A stretch of 64,000 nucleotides of DNA from NCBI GenBank assembly GCA_964291265.2, contig OZ219746.1:64001-128000 (forward strand). The letters run 5' to 3'. The DNA is from Alphaproteobacteria bacterium. Its GTDB lineage: Bacteria; Pseudomonadota; Alphaproteobacteria; SP197. The notes beneath the pieces are model-generated. The model did no database searches, was not told where the DNA came from, and saw nothing but the letters and a program-made list of their open reading frames with translations. Numbering within the stretch: the first letter of the stretch is position 1; each line of letters opens with the position of its first letter. Below are positions 50,611 to 61,887 of the stretch, piece after piece. The translations under genes and the position numbers were made by a program.

Positions 50611-51350
50611 GCGGCGTCGGCCCCTGCGTTGCCGTCGTCGCCGGCTGCTTGCGGAGTTTCGCGAGGGAGGCGCTGCTCCCCGGTGCCGGCAGGGGCGCTC
50701 GGGTCCTCGATGCGGACAAGGCGGGACTCGAGGTCGTCGATGTGGTCGAGAACGCTGGTCAGCGCCTTGCTGACCGGGTCGGGCATGTCGGCCGAAGAGA
50801 CGCCGTAGGCGGCGAAGAACGAGTCGCGCTTCTGTGCGCCGGACTCGACGGCGCGCGCCGGAATGCCGACAACCGTGGTCCCTGGAGCGACGTCCTTGAC
50901 GACAACGGCATTGGAGCCGACCAGAGCGCCCTTGCCGATGATGACGGGTCCGAGAATCTTGGCGCCGGCGCCAACGACGACATGGTCGGCCAGGGTTGGG
51001 TGACGCTTGCCCTGGTTCCAGGTCGTCCCGCCGAGCGTCACGCCGTGGTAGAGCGTGACTTCGTCGCCGATTTCGGACGTCTCGCCGATCACCACGCCCA
51101 TGCCGTGGTCGATGAAGAATCCGCGCCCGATGGTGGCGCCCGGATGGATCTCGATACCGCTGAGGAATCGGCCGACATGGGAGATGAAGCGTCCGGGCAG
51201 CTTGAAGCCGCGGATCCACAGCCAGTGGCTGATCCTGTAGAACGCGAGAGCGTGGAAACCGGGATAGCACAGAACCACTTCCAGGAGAGTGCGCACGGCG
51301 GGGTCGCGCCCGAAGGGTGCGCGCATGTCCTGTCTGAGGGTCTTGAACAT
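50607..51350 (-). CDS. cysE: Serine O-acetyltransferase
   Basis: RDPA..YPGFHAL; GIEIHPGA; [13 protein letters not shown]; TLGGT..KRHPTL. Confidence 0.95.
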   Translation of the reverse strand: MFKTLRQDMRAPFGRDPAVRTLLEVVLCYPGFHALAFYRISHWLWIRGFKLPGRFISHVGRFLSGIEIHPGATIGRGFFIDHGMGVVIGETSEIGDEVTLYHGVTLGGTTWNQGKRHPTLADHVVVGAGAKILGPVIIGKGALVGSNAVVVKDVAPGTTVVGIPARAVESGAQKRDSFFAAYGVSSADMPDPVSKALTSVLDHIDDLESRLVRIEDPSAPAGTGEQRLPRETPQAAGDDGNAGADAA

Positions 51351-51408
51351 GATGCCTTCCAGCCATCCGTTTCGGTGACGGCGATTGATACCCGTCATTC
51401 AGACATAG

Positions 51409-51433
51409 ATATCCGACTTCAGGCGTCAAGTAT
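51409..51433 (-). promoter_or_regulatory. Probable IscR type-1 operator upstream of cysE-iscR-iscS
   Basis: Minus strand ATACTTGACGCCTGAAGTCGGATAT fits the 25-bp ATASYYGAC-N6-AGTCRRSTAT pattern and includes a TTGAC -35 box. Confidence 0.7.
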
Positions 51434-51464
51434 TGCCGTTTCGCCGCAACAGCAAGAGAACCTG

Positions 51465-52036
51465 ATGTCTGAACTCTTCATCTCCGGTCCCCGGGGGAGG
51501 CTGGAGGCACGTCATGCCGCCTTGGCCGATCCCTCCTCTCCGGTGGCCGTCGTCCTTCATCCCCGTCCGCTTCATGGCGGCACCATGAACAACAAGGTGG
51601 TCCTCATCCGCAGCCTCGTCGAGGCGGGATGCCACGCGGTTCGTTCCAGTTTCCGGGTGTCGGGCGCAGTTGCGGAGAGCACCTCGGTGGTGACGGAGAG
51701 GTCAAGGACGCACCGCCGGCATCCGCAATCGTCGACGACGCGGATCGCCGGACTTTCCCCTGGAGCCTGATGACGCGTTCCGACATCGACCGGTTCGTGC
51801 TGGCGGCTCCCGGCGCAACCACGCGTGACTGGTCGTTCCTCGATCAGACCCCCGCAGACGGTCTCGTCGTCCAGGTCGGTGCCGATTCCGGTGACGTGGC
51901 GACACTGACCGGGAACCAGGCTTCTCTCTCGCGGTCGCTGCATTTCGAGGTGATCGAAGGCGCAGGACACGTCTTCGAAAACGACCTGAAAACGGTGCGG
52001 GAACTCGACCGGAACTACGCCCGCCGGGCGCGATGA
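51465..52036 (+). pseudogene. Alpha/beta hydrolase, frameshifted and internally deleted
   Basis: MSELFISGPRGRLEARH..LHPRPLHGGTMNNKVV, then broken frames; DWSFL..EGAGHVF near the end; conserved neighbour of cysE. Confidence 0.7.
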
Positions 52037-53115
52037 CAGGCGCCTCCCGTGACCGGTTCGCGGCACCCGGTGGTCGAGGGCTGGCTGAGCGGCAGGCCGG
52101 CAAGGGAGCGCACGGCAAGGTAGGCGAAGGCCTCGGCTTCGAGGCTGTCTCCGTCCCAGCCGACATCTTCGGCCAGCACCACCTTCGCAGGCAGGCGGTG
52201 CTGCAGCGAGGCGACGAGATGCCGGTTGCGGCGGCCGCCGCCGCAGACGACCCACAATACCGGATCGCGCGGCATGAAGCGGCGGGCCCGCACCACGGCC
52301 TCGGCCGTGAGGTCAACGAGAGTGGCGGCGCCGTCAGCCGTCGTCAGGCCGGCAAGGTCTATGGCAACCGCGTCACGGTCCAGTGACCGGGGAGGCGGAC
52401 GATCGAACCACGGGTGATCGTCGAAGACGGCTGCCACGCGATCATGATGGGGTCGTCCCAGGGAAGCCAGGCTTCCGTCCCTGTCGAAGGGTGCCCCGGT
52501 CCGTGCCAGGACCCAGTCGTCAAGCAGCGCTCCGCCGGGTCCGGTATCGAAGGCGATAGGCTCCCCGTCGCCGATCCACGTCACGTTCGCCACGCCACCG
52601 ATGTTGAGGACGCAGACGGGAGAGGGGTCCAGGGCGGCGGCGAGGGCGGCATGATAGAGGGGCGCCAGCGGCGCTCCCTCGCCACCCGACGCCATGTCGC
52701 GGCTGCGAAAGTCGCAGACCACGTCGATGCCGGTGTTCTCGGCCAGGAGGGCGCCGTTGCCGATCTGCCAGGTCAGCCCTTCCGCGGGGCGGTGTGCGAT
52801 GGTCTGCCCGTGAAAGCCGATCACATCGATGTCGTCTGGCGCCGTGCCGGTTCTGTCGAGCAGGCAAGAGACGGCCTCTCCGGCCATCACCGTGAGATGG
52901 TGTGCCGTTGACGGGACATCTCCGCCTCCTCCGAGACACGCCTTGAGGTTGCTGCGAAGAACGGCATCGAAGGGAAGCGTCAGGGCGGCGCCACGGCGTA
53001 CGTCCGTCACGCCGTCTGTCTCGATGAGCGCCGCGTCGATCCCGTCGAGGGAGGTGCCGCTCATCAGTCCGATGGCTTTCTTCACCGGCCTCTGAGCTTC
53101 CCGGTCGACCTTCAT
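52015..53115 (-). CDS. anmK: Anhydro-N-acetylmuramic acid kinase
   Basis: [13 protein letters not shown]; GFHGQT; GGEGAPL; NIGGVAN; FDTGPG; EAEAFA. Confidence 0.95.
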   Translation of the reverse strand: MKVDREAQRPVKKAIGLMSGTSLDGIDAALIETDGVTDVRRGAALTLPFDAVLRSNLKACLGGGGDVPSTAHHLTVMAGEAVSCLLDRTGTAPDDIDVIGFHGQTIAHRPAEGLTWQIGNGALLAENTGIDVVCDFRSRDMASGGEGAPLAPLYHAALAAALDPSPVCVLNIGGVANVTWIGDGEPIAFDTGPGGALLDDWVLARTGAPFDRDGSLASLGRPHHDRVAAVFDDHPWFDRPPPRSLDRDAVAIDLAGLTTADGAATLVDLTAEAVVRARRFMPRDPVLWVVCGGGRRNRHLVASLQHRLPAKVVLAEDVGWDGDSLEAEAFAYLAVRSLAGLPLSQPSTTGCREPVTGGACHRARRA

Positions 53116-53195
53116 GGGCCAATCTAATCCCGTGCTCCCGTCATCCGCAAGGTGACGCTTGCCTGATCCGCCGAGCGGCGGCAGACTGCGCCATC

Positions 53196-54449
53196 ATGAG
53201 CGGCCCCGTTTCCGACTTCCTGCGGACGATCATCGACCGCGGGTTCATGCACCAGTGCACCGATCTGCAGGACCTCGACGCGAAGGTCGCGAACGGCCGG
53301 GTCGTCGGCTACATCGGTTTCGATTGCACGGCGCCCAGTCTCCACGTCGGCAGCATGGTCCCGATCATGCTGCTGCGGCACATGCAGCGGTGCGGTCACA
53401 AGCCGATCGTTCTCATGGGTGGCGGCACCACCAAGATCGGGGATCCCTCGTTTCGCGACGAGGCGCGGCCGCTGCTCGACGACGAGTCGATTGCCGCCAA
53501 CAAGGCGAGCATCAGGAAGGTGTTCTCGAGGTACCTTGCGTTCGGTGACGGAGCCACGGACGCCGTGATGGTTGACAACGACGAGTGGCTTTCGGAACTG
53601 CGCTACATTCCGTTCCTGCGCACTGTCGGGCGCCACTTTTCGGTCAACCGGATGCTGTCTCTGGATTCGGTCAGGTCCAGGCTGGAACGCGAACAACCCC
53701 TGTCGTTCCTTGAATTCAACTACATGATCGTCCAGGCCTACGACTTCGTGGAACTGCAGCGACGTTTCGGCTGTACGCTGCAGATGGGTGGATCGGACCA
53801 GTGGGGCAACATCGTCAACGGTGTTGAACTCGGGCGCCGTCTCGTGGATGCGCCGCTCTTCGGTCTGACGGCACCGCTCATCACGACGGCGTCCGGAGCC
53901 AAGATGGGCAAGACGGCGAGGGGCGCCGTGTGGCTCGACGCCGGCATGTGTTCGCCCTGGGACTTCTGGCAGTTCTGGAGAAACACCGAGGACGGTGATG
54001 TCGGTCGCTTTCTTCGCCTGTTCACCGATCTTTCCATCGACGACATCGTCCGCCTTGAAAGCCTCGAGGGAGCGGAGATCAACGAGGCCAAGAAGGTCCT
54101 TGCCAACGAGGCGACCCGCCTGTGCCACGGCGAGGTCGAGGCGAGTCGCTGTGCGGCGACCGCACGAAGCACCTTCGAGGAAGGGGCGGTATCGCGGGGC
54201 CTGCCCGTCACCACACTTCCCCAGGGCAGTTTCGATGACGGACTGGTGGCGTTCGAGGCATTGCACCTCGCCGGACTCGCCGCCACTCGCTCGGATGCCC
54301 GCCGGCTCATCCGGGGGGGCGGCGCCCGCCTCAACGGCACGGTCATTGCCGACGAGTTCCTGAAGATCACCCGTGCCGACCTCGAGAATGGTGCGGTCAA
54401 GCTCTCCGCCGGACGCAAGCGTCACGCCCTCATCGTGCCTGGCCCCTGA
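53196..54449 (+). CDS. tyrS: Tyrosyl-tRNA synthetase
   Basis: [13 protein letters not shown]; [11 protein letters not shown]; KMGKT; C-terminal S4 domain. Confidence 0.97.
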   Translation: MSGPVSDFLRTIIDRGFMHQCTDLQDLDAKVANGRVVGYIGFDCTAPSLHVGSMVPIMLLRHMQRCGHKPIVLMGGGTTKIGDPSFRDEARPLLDDESIAANKASIRKVFSRYLAFGDGATDAVMVDNDEWLSELRYIPFLRTVGRHFSVNRMLSLDSVRSRLEREQPLSFLEFNYMIVQAYDFVELQRRFGCTLQMGGSDQWGNIVNGVELGRRLVDAPLFGLTAPLITTASGAKMGKTARGAVWLDAGMCSPWDFWQFWRNTEDGDVGRFLRLFTDLSIDDIVRLESLEGAEINEAKKVLANEATRLCHGEVEASRCAATARSTFEEGAVSRGLPVTTLPQGSFDDGLVAFEALHLAGLAATRSDARRLIRGGGARLNGTVIADEFLKITRADLENGAVKLSAGRKRHALIVPGP

Positions 54450-54503
54450 CGGTCTGCGCAGGATCGCGGGCCGGCCGCATCACGCGCGGTCCGGGTCTTC
54501 GGC

Positions 54504-57500
54504 CTATTCTCCTGCGGGCGAATCGGTGAAGAGCTTGCGCAGAATTCCGGGTGCGAGGATGGAGAGAGGGTTGACCCTGACATCCGGATCGTCGGCCGAT
54601 CCGTCAACGTTGAAGGTGAAGGCGAAGATGCCGCCGTCCTCTTCGGTTCCGGTGATGATGTCGCTCAGCAGGGGAATGTTCTCGAACACGGTGTTGAGCG
54701 GATTCGTCGGCACCATGGTGCCGGCGAAACTGACCCGGTCGTGAGCGGTGTCGATGCTGCCATCGAGGAGGATCCTGATCCCCTGCCCGTAGAGGCGCCC
54801 TTCGGCAACGGTGACGCGATCGCCTTCCTGGCGGAAGGGAAGCAGGGCAGAGTCGAAGACGAGGCCTTCGTTGTTCAGGATGTTGGCCAGGCCGGGCAGT
54901 GAAGCGGCGGCAAAGATGTGTGCCATGACAGGGGCGTCATGCACTGCGAAGCGGTCGGCCGTGACGGTGCCGATGACGACCGGGGGAGTCCGTGACTCGT
55001 CGAACCAGCCACTGACCGCGAGTTCGCCTCCATGGATGTTGTCCATTCCGGCAAACACCCGCACGGTATCGCCCATGTTCTCGGCGCGATAGTCGAACCG
55101 GCGTTCGTGCTGCGACACCCTGCGGATCTGCAGGGCCACCAGCGACCCGCCATCGATCTCCCCGGCGGCATTGAGGGTTTCGAACCTGTCGTCGTCAAGG
55201 TCGGCGTCAAAGACGAGATTGCGCACCAGCTGGTCGTCCTCGGTCCACAGGCGGTTGAGCGTACCCGCGACCTTCAGGCGGGGCAGTCGGGCAGTCGCGT
55301 CGTCACTGTCGCCCAGCGGGACCATGTCGATCGATCCCTCACGGATCGTGACGGAATGGAGACCGTCCGGTGAGACTTCGAGCCTTCCGGTGACATCGGT
55401 GCGGCCGAACGCCAGCCTTGCCACGTCCAGTTCTGCGAATTGCGGCCCGATGGTGCCGCTCGCGCGTGCCACGATGCTTCCTGCCTGAATGTCGAGAGCG
55501 CGGATGACGAGCGCATCGTCTTCCTCGATGACGAGAAGGTGGGCGAATCCGGGTTCTCCCGGGGACTTGGCGCCGAGAAGGGTGCCGGAAACGAAGGTGA
55601 GATCCCGAAGGTCCGCGTCCACGCGCCACGAGACTGCGCCGTGTCCCGACACGGTTCGCGACAAGGTAACGTCAACGTCTCCGCTGGAGGCGAGGGGATC
55701 GACCAGGCCCAGTGCGGCGCGATGGTCTGCGTCCATGCGGGCTGTGAGCTGCAGCCGCTCGCGCGCCTCTTCCTCGTCGCCGGCGAATGCCAGCCGCCAG
55801 CTGCCGGCAACAGGCACGCCGTTGATCTCCAGGTCGCCGTCGAGTTCGAGCAGGCCGGGCTGCGCAACGGAGAACGTCCCCTTGCCTCCCGTGACCTGGT
55901 AGCCGGAGACGGGAAGGCCGATACCGTCAAAACTGCCGGCAAGACGGTAGCCTACATCGTCTGTTGCGGGGTCAGTCAGGTCTGCGAGGGTGATGTGAAG
56001 GGCGCCGGAGAGCGAACCGGTGATCAGGTCGGGATCAAATCGTTCCGCTATCCCATAGGACAGGGGCGCCCGGGCAGCGACGGCCAGCACCTCCCCCGCC
56101 GGACCGGCAAGATCGACATGAATCTCCATCACGCCGTCGAATCCCTCCAGTGTCACGAGACCCCGACCGGCCGTGATCGCGCCCGTGCCGCCACCGGAGG
56201 TTTCGATCGAGACCCTGTCGTTGCCCACGGCGACATCACCGTCGACGTCCGCAAGGGGTGGCATGCCACGCAGGTAGTCGATCGTCACACCGTCAACATC
56301 GACCGTGACCTCGAGGCCGGACGTCTCGGGATCATCCGAGGCGAGGTTGCCGAGGGTCGAGTGCATTCCAAGGGCGCCTTCCCTGATGACACCGTTCGAG
56401 AGATTGTTGACGACCCAGTGTCGCGCCTGCGGTGCCGCGGTGGCGGGCCAGTAACGGGAGAGATGGTCGACCGGCAGGTCGCTGACGGCAATGGTCCAAT
56501 CGATGGTGGAATCATCGGTCCAGCCGTTCAGCGTCAGGTTCGCCTCGAAGCTTCCCTCTTCGATGCCTGCCACGAGATGGCTGATCTCCAGCCCCCCGAA
56601 GGCGGGCAGGAACCGTCCCGCCAGCGTGGTCGGACCGAGATCGAGTGGGTTTTCGAAGACACCCCCCATGGCGAGGCGCCCCCCCGCGGAGTCGAGAGTG
56701 AATGAGCCTTCGGTCAACTCAAGTTCATCGTCGAGAGTCAATTGGAACGACGTGTCGAGCAGCAGAGTCGAACCGGAGAAATCAACCGGCGTCGGCATGA
56801 TGTCCGGAAGCGATGCGGGGCCGAGGTTCAACAGCTCCCCCGACACATCGACTCGGGACGTCCCTCGATTATGAACAGCCGAAAGCTCGAGGGGAAGCGA
56901 CCGGGATTCGGAGATGAGAACGGTTTCGAGGTCGATGCGCAGCACATCGTCATCGCGGGCGATGACGAGAAGGGAATCCGGCGCATCCCAGGCAAGGCCG
57001 CTTCCCAGGTCCTCGAGGACGATGTCGGCCCCATCGAAGCGGACATGATGCAAGCGGTCCAGGGGTGGCATGGTGCCGGCGTGAAGCACCCGGTCGAGAA
57101 GCGGGCCGTCCGGCGATCCGTCCGTCGGCATGTCGGCCAGCGCATAGCCGAGGCTGCCACCGATTTCCCGAACGAGCCGGATCCTGGCTTCGGTGATCGT
57201 CATGCCGACGGGCCGCAACTCCGCCTCGATCAGTGCCGACAGGGACATGTCGAGTTCGATGTCCCGCGATTCGAAGATGGTGGCACCTTCCCTGTCGAGG
57301 ACACGAACGTCGGAAAGTCCGAGGCGGTAGGTTGTCCGCCAGTCGCCGCCGGAGAGAGCGGCATCGGACGCCTCGAATGAGAAGCCCGGGACGCTCCTTT
57401 CGATCATGCCCATCACCCAGGGCGTTGCCCCGCCGAGAAGGATCGGACCATCCTGGAGTCTCCAGGCGAGCCCCAGAAGCGCCAGAATGATCAGGCCGGC

Positions 57501-57566
57501 GAGGATTCCCAGACCGTGGATGAAGGTCCGCAGCAGGCGGCGGCCTACAATTCCGGCATACCGCAC
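54504..57566 (-). CDS. YhdP/AsmA-like (DUF3971) periplasmic protein
   Basis: N-terminal TM anchor, beta-rich body, YWP..AR.WV..N..G motif, C-terminal VRVNPLSILAPGILRKLF; start uncertain. Confidence 0.8.
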   Translation of the reverse strand: MRYAGIVGRRLLRTFIHGLGILAGLIILALLGLAWRLQDGPILLGGATPWVMGMIERSVPGFSFEASDAALSGGDWRTTYRLGLSDVRVLDREGATIFESRDIELDMSLSALIEAELRPVGMTITEARIRLVREIGGSLGYALADMPTDGSPDGPLLDRVLHAGTMPPLDRLHHVRFDGADIVLEDLGSGLAWDAPDSLLVIARDDDVLRIDLETVLISESRSLPLELSAVHNRGTSRVDVSGELLNLGPASLPDIMPTPVDFSGSTLLLDTSFQLTLDDELELTEGSFTLDSAGGRLAMGGVFENPLDLGPTTLAGRFLPAFGGLEISHLVAGIEEGSFEANLTLNGWTDDSTIDWTIAVSDLPVDHLSRYWPATAAPQARHWVVNNLSNGVIREGALGMHSTLGNLASDDPETSGLEVTVDVDGVTIDYLRGMPPLADVDGDVAVGNDRVSIETSGGGTGAITAGRGLVTLEGFDGVMEIHVDLAGPAGEVLAVAARAPLSYGIAERFDPDLITGSLSGALHITLADLTDPATDDVGYRLAGSFDGIGLPVSGYQVTGGKGTFSVAQPGLLELDGDLEINGVPVAGSWRLAFAGDEEEARERLQLTARMDADHRAALGLVDPLASSGDVDVTLSRTVSGHGAVSWRVDADLRDLTFVSGTLLGAKSPGEPGFAHLLVIEEDDALVIRALDIQAGSIVARASGTIGPQFAELDVARLAFGRTDVTGRLEVSPDGLHSVTIREGSIDMVPLGDSDDATARLPRLKVAGTLNRLWTEDDQLVRNLVFDADLDDDRFETLNAAGEIDGGSLVALQIRRVSQHERRFDYRAENMGDTVRVFAGMDNIHGGELAVSGWFDESRTPPVVIGTVTADRFAVHDAPVMAHIFAAASLPGLANILNNEGLVFDSALLPFRQEGDRVTVAEGRLYGQGIRILLDGSIDTAHDRVSFAGTMVPTNPLNTVFENIPLLSDIITGTEEDGGIFAFTFNVDGSADDPDVRVNPLSILAPGILRKLFTDSPAGE

Positions 57567-57629
57567 GGGAGCCACTTGACCGCGACGGTCGGTCTGACCA
57601 CGGTTAACACAGTATGTCCTGGTGCCGAC

Positions 57630-60407
57630 ATGACCTTCCGGACCCTTGAAGAGATCGCCACCCTGCCGGAACCATACGACAGGGAACAGGCAATCGTGTG
57701 GCGGGAACGCTGGCTGGCTGCCTGCGATCTTCTGCCCGAAGTCAGGGAAGTGTCGCACGAGTTGGGCCGTGATGCCACCGGGAGTGCCCTGCTCGACGCC
57801 GTGTTCGGCAACAGCCCCTACCTGGCTCGCTGTCTTGTGCGGCATCCGGGACTCGTCTCGCTCTGGGCGACCGCGGGTCCGCAGGCCAGCGTGCGGTCCG
57901 CCCTGAATTACCTTGTCGGAGACGAGGCAGGACACGACCTCGCGCGCCGGTTGCGTCAGGCGCGAGCCATGATCGCCGTGGCGACGGCCCTCGGCGACAT
58001 CTCCGGGTTGTGGGACTGGCGGGAGGTGACCGGCGCCCTCTCCGACTACGCCGAAACCGCCTGCCGCGTTGCCACGTCCCACCTCCTCGCCGGAATTCCC
58101 GGGGGGGGCGGCCGGCGTGACGACCCGGCAAGGGAGAGCGGCTTCATCGTTCTTGCCCTGGGCAAGCTCGGGGGCCGCGAACTGAACTACTCGAGCGACA
58201 TCGATCTCATGGCGCTGTGGGACGATGAGCGGTTTGCCCGGTTTGGCCCGGATTCACGGGCGGTCGCGGTGCGTCTTGTCCGGAGCTTCATCAGGCTGCT
58301 CCAGGAGCCCACGGCCGACGGTTTCGCCCTGAGGACGGACTTCAGGCTGCGCCCCGACCCCAGGGCCACGCCACTCGTCATGTCGGTCGATTCCGCGGAA
58401 CTCTACTACGAGAGCCTGGGCCAGAACTGGGAACGTTCGGCCATGATCAAGGCGCGCCCGATCGCCGGCGATCTGGAGGCGGGCGAGGCCTACCTGGCAC
58501 GGCTCAGCCCCTTCGTGTGGCGCCGCCATCTGGATTTCGAGGCGATCAGGGACATTCACGCCATCCGGAGGAAGATTCATGCCGAAAGAGGTGGAGAGGT
58601 CATCCGGGTTCCCGGTCACAATCTCAAGCTGGGCCGCGGCGGCATACGGGAGATCGAGTTTTTGGCCCAGGCGCACCAGCTGATCTTCGGTGGCCGCAAC
58701 CCGGACCTGCGGCGCCGGGCGACCTGCGATGCCCTCGACGCGCTCCGCGACGCGTCGCTCATCGACCGCCGGGCATGCCTCGACCTCAAGGAAGCGTACG
58801 CTGAACTGCGCCGTGTCGAACACCGCCTGCAGATGATCGACAACGCGCAGACGCACGAGGTTCCCGTTGGCCCGGGACGACTCGACCACGTCGCGACCTT
58901 CCTTGCACAGCGAGACCGCAGGGCGTTCGCCGATCACCTCGAGGGTGTGCTGCGGTCGGTCGAATGTCACTACAGCCGCTTCTTCGAATCCGACGACGAG
59001 GCTCGGCCCGGGCCTGGGGCCCGGGAGGGGGACCTGGTGGTCGCATTGCAGGAGATGGGGTATGTCGATTGCGCCGGGATGGCAGCGCGCCTTGAGTCCT
59101 GGCGCGCCGGCGAGGTTCGGGCCCTGCGTCACGAACGGTCACGAGAACTCGTCGAATCGCTGCTTGCGCGCCTGCTGGCCGGGATGGCGGCGACCGGGGA
59201 TCCCGACAGGGCGCTGCGGGCCTTTCACGAGTTTCTCTGCCGCCTTCCGGCCGGCGTGCGGTTCCTTTCCCTGCTGGAGCGGCATCCGCGTCTCATCGAT
59301 CTCGTGGCCGGCATCATGGCAACGGCTCCGCGCCTCGCTGCCATGCTCGGTGCGTCCCCGGTTCTCCTTGACTATGCCCTCGCCGGCGAGTTCGGCGAAC
59401 CGTTGCCGGCGAAGCCCCTTCTCGACGACGACCTCGCCGCCAACCTCGAGATGGCGGAACACGAGGAAGATCTGCTCGACCGGGTGCGTCGCTGGTTCCA
59501 CGACCGCGAGTTCCGCCTCGCGGTCCGTCTCCTTGAAGGAGATGACGATCCCGCCGGAGCCCTCAACGACCTCGCCAACCTGCGTGATGTGGTCGTGGCG
59601 CAGCTCTTCCGCCGCTCGGTTGCCCGATTTGGTGAGCGGCACGGGTGTCTGCGGAGCGGCGAACTGGCCATTCTGGCGACGGGTCGCCATGGCAGACGCA
59701 CGTCTGCCTTCGAAGCGCCCATCGATCTTGCCATCATTCATCGCCACGACGACCCGGAGGCGCGTTCCGAAGGGCCGAGACCGCTGGATGCACGGACTTG
59801 GACCGACAGGCTGGTGCAACGCCTGCTGACGGCCTTGACGGTCACGACCAATGCCGGCCCTCTCTTCCAGGTCAGGCTCGATCTCGTTTCTCCTGACCGG
59901 GTCTCTTCGCGGACCTCGAGTCTCGAGAGTCTGTGCCGCTCGGATGCGCCTGCGGCGGACCGGTCAGTCCTCGCCGGCGCCAGGGTGGTCGCGGCAACGG
60001 GATCCCTTGGTGAGGACATCGACCGGGTCATCGCCCGTGCCCGATCCGGGGACGTGGCCGAACCTCTTCCAGTCAGTGGGGCGACGCTCGATCAGGCGGA
60101 GTGGCTCTGCCGCATGACGCCGCCTTCGCGCGATCTTGTCGCGGCGCGAGACCTGCTGCTCGGAGTGTGTGCGATGAGAGAGTGCGCCCTGGGGAAATCG
60201 TCGTCGGATCCTTCCGCGGCCTACATCGACCGTCTTGTCCGTCTTACGGGATCGAGAGATGCCGGTGAGCTGCAGGATCGTCTCGACCGCGCACGCCATG
60301 ACGTGGAATCCGCATTCTCCTGCATCCTCCGCACTCGTGATCAGACCGGGGTCAGGTCTGTCCCGATGCCTTCAGATCCTGCGCCCCGTGGTCCGTCATC
60401 GGGGTGA
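57630..60407 (+). CDS. glnE: Glutamine synthetase adenylyltransferase/adenylyl-removing enzyme; second nucleotidyltransferase domain degenerate
   Basis: LGKLGGRELNYSSDIDL; DFRLRPDP; GQNWERSAMIKAR; NLKLGRGGIREIEF. Confidence 0.9.
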   Translation: MTFRTLEEIATLPEPYDREQAIVWRERWLAACDLLPEVREVSHELGRDATGSALLDAVFGNSPYLARCLVRHPGLVSLWATAGPQASVRSALNYLVGDEAGHDLARRLRQARAMIAVATALGDISGLWDWREVTGALSDYAETACRVATSHLLAGIPGGGGRRDDPARESGFIVLALGKLGGRELNYSSDIDLMALWDDERFARFGPDSRAVAVRLVRSFIRLLQEPTADGFALRTDFRLRPDPRATPLVMSVDSAELYYESLGQNWERSAMIKARPIAGDLEAGEAYLARLSPFVWRRHLDFEAIRDIHAIRRKIHAERGGEVIRVPGHNLKLGRGGIREIEFLAQAHQLIFGGRNPDLRRRATCDALDALRDASLIDRRACLDLKEAYAELRRVEHRLQMIDNAQTHEVPVGPGRLDHVATFLAQRDRRAFADHLEGVLRSVECHYSRFFESDDEARPGPGAREGDLVVALQEMGYVDCAGMAARLESWRAGEVRALRHERSRELVESLLARLLAGMAATGDPDRALRAFHEFLCRLPAGVRFLSLLERHPRLIDLVAGIMATAPRLAAMLGASPVLLDYALAGEFGEPLPAKPLLDDDLAANLEMAEHEEDLLDRVRRWFHDREFRLAVRLLEGDDDPAGALNDLANLRDVVVAQLFRRSVARFGERHGCLRSGELAILATGRHGRRTSAFEAPIDLAIIHRHDDPEARSEGPRPLDARTWTDRLVQRLLTALTVTTNAGPLFQVRLDLVSPDRVSSRTSSLESLCRSDAPAADRSVLAGARVVAATGSLGEDIDRVIARARSGDVAEPLPVSGATLDQAEWLCRMTPPSRDLVAARDLLLGVCAMRECALGKSSSDPSAAYIDRLVRLTGSRDAGELQDRLDRARHDVESAFSCILRTRDQTGVRSVPMPSDPAPRGPSSG

Positions 60408-61029
60408 TCCGGTATCGGCAGCGGCCGCTCCCCGCCATCAGATGATCGATGCGTTCGACCTTCACCTTGCGGCCGAGAATGTTCTGGAACATCTGGAGTT
60501 CCGCCGTGCACAGTTCACTGCATGCGCGCGCGGCGGCGGCAATGGAACAGTGGTTCTCGATGAAGACGTGACTACCGTCCTCTTCCTGATGCCATTCCGC
60601 CATGTATCCCTCCACCGTGCGCTGGTCGGCGAGGACAGCGAGTCGGTCCTCCGTGGAACTGCCGGTCTCGATGAAGGAACGGTATCTCTCGGTTGTTTCA
60701 CGGCGATAGGCCGTGATCAGCTTTCTCACCCCCGATGTGCCGAAGACCTTGCGCACGCTTCGAAGGAGTGCCTCGGAGAGGTCGAGATGGTTGTCCGGAA
60801 ACTCGCCGTTCCCCCTCGACGTCAGGGCCCAGATCCGGGCCGGACGCCCGACGCCCGACCAGAATTCCCGGTAGTCGGTCAGGCGGTCCGCATGCAGGCG
60901 ATTCAGGTGCTGGCGCACGGCGACCGTGCTGATATCCAGGTGGGAAGCGAGGGTCGATGCCGACATCGGTCCCTGTGTCTTGAGCAGAAACAGGATCCTC
61001 TGCCGTGCATGTCTCCTGATCTGCGCCAT
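60352..61029 (-). CDS. ArsR-type HTH transcriptional regulator, SufR-like
   Basis: N-terminal HTH (AVRQHL..L, GVGRP); ENHCSI..C..LC..E and GRCRY cysteine pattern. Confidence 0.75.
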   Translation of the reverse strand: MAQIRRHARQRILFLLKTQGPMSASTLASHLDISTVAVRQHLNRLHADRLTDYREFWSGVGRPARIWALTSRGNGEFPDNHLDLSEALLRSVRKVFGTSGVRKLITAYRRETTERYRSFIETGSSTEDRLAVLADQRTVEGYMAEWHQEEDGSHVFIENHCSIAAAARACSELCTAELQMFQNILGRKVKVERIDHLMAGSGRCRYRITPMTDHGAQDLKASGQT

Positions 61030-61139
61030 GCAGCACAGTGATGCATGCGCCCGCCGCGGTCAAGGCGCCCGGACGGCAACGGCCGATCCCGACATCGCCG
61101 TGCAAGCGATTGGAGTACGGCGTTGTCTGTTCGCCTGCG

Positions 61140-61335
61140 CTGGCCGTGGACGGCCATGTCAAGGTCTGCCACGGCAAGGGCCAGGTGTCGAAGCACATCG
61201 TCGTGCGCCGGAAGCTCTGCCTTCCGGCCACGGCACGCTCCTGGATCAACGCCCTTTCGGGCACCCGCTGGTGTGTCAGGGAGTTCGCCGTTCTTCCCCG
61301 TCGCTGGGTTGTGGAGAGGACCTTTGCCTGTTCTC
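61140..61335 (+). pseudogene. Fused transposase remnants
   Basis: LAVDGHVKV..RKLCLPA..WINAL followed by the IS5-type motif FAVLPRRWVVERTFA. Confidence 0.55.
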
Positions 61336-61419
61336 ACCGGGCGGCACGCACGCGAAGGCGGGTGAGTTCGCAGGTATTGACGACTTCGAGACGGCAGCGT
61401 TTCTCGATCCGATGCTACT

Positions 61420-61872
61420 GATCGTTGTCGAAACGACGAGACCGAGCCTTCGCTGGCACACAAGCGTTGGTCTCGGCGCGAAGCTGGCAAGACCGTGATC
61501 GACGGTGAGATTGTCGCCGTGCGGCTCACGGGCGACTGCACGGACCAACCCATCGTCGCACTCCGCGATGCACCGGCCCTTGTCGGCCAGCCTCGAAGCT
61601 CGCTTCACGCCCTCCATCAAGGCTGGATCGACACGGTACAGGCGTAGGCGTTGCGTGCTGCGGGAATCACCGGTATCTTCTCGTTGCCGTCCTTGAGGGC
61701 CGTCGCGGCTGACCGGGCGGCAACGCTGCGAAAGCGTCGCCTGTTGGACGACAGGATCGTAGAGACTTGCGCGGCTGCGGATAAGGAGAGCGAGGTTTAC
61801 CGCCGCGTCGAGATGAATCTGGAGCTTGGGCGCCTTCGCACCGACCGCGAGGCCGCGCGAGCCAAGTCGTGA
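61420..61872 (+). pseudogene. DUF4391-like remnant (type III RM-associated)
   Basis: LAHKRWSRREAGKTVIDGE and C-terminal KESEVYRRVEMNLEL; lies directly before mod. Confidence 0.55.
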
Positions 61873-61887
61873 ACGGAGCGGAACTCC

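Noticed and set aside
50611-51429. N-terminal extension of the 778-aa ORF (triple fusion with cysE)
   Set aside because: The extension is an off-frame shadow of cysE; the real start is ATG 50610 (MKLGTRGRY)
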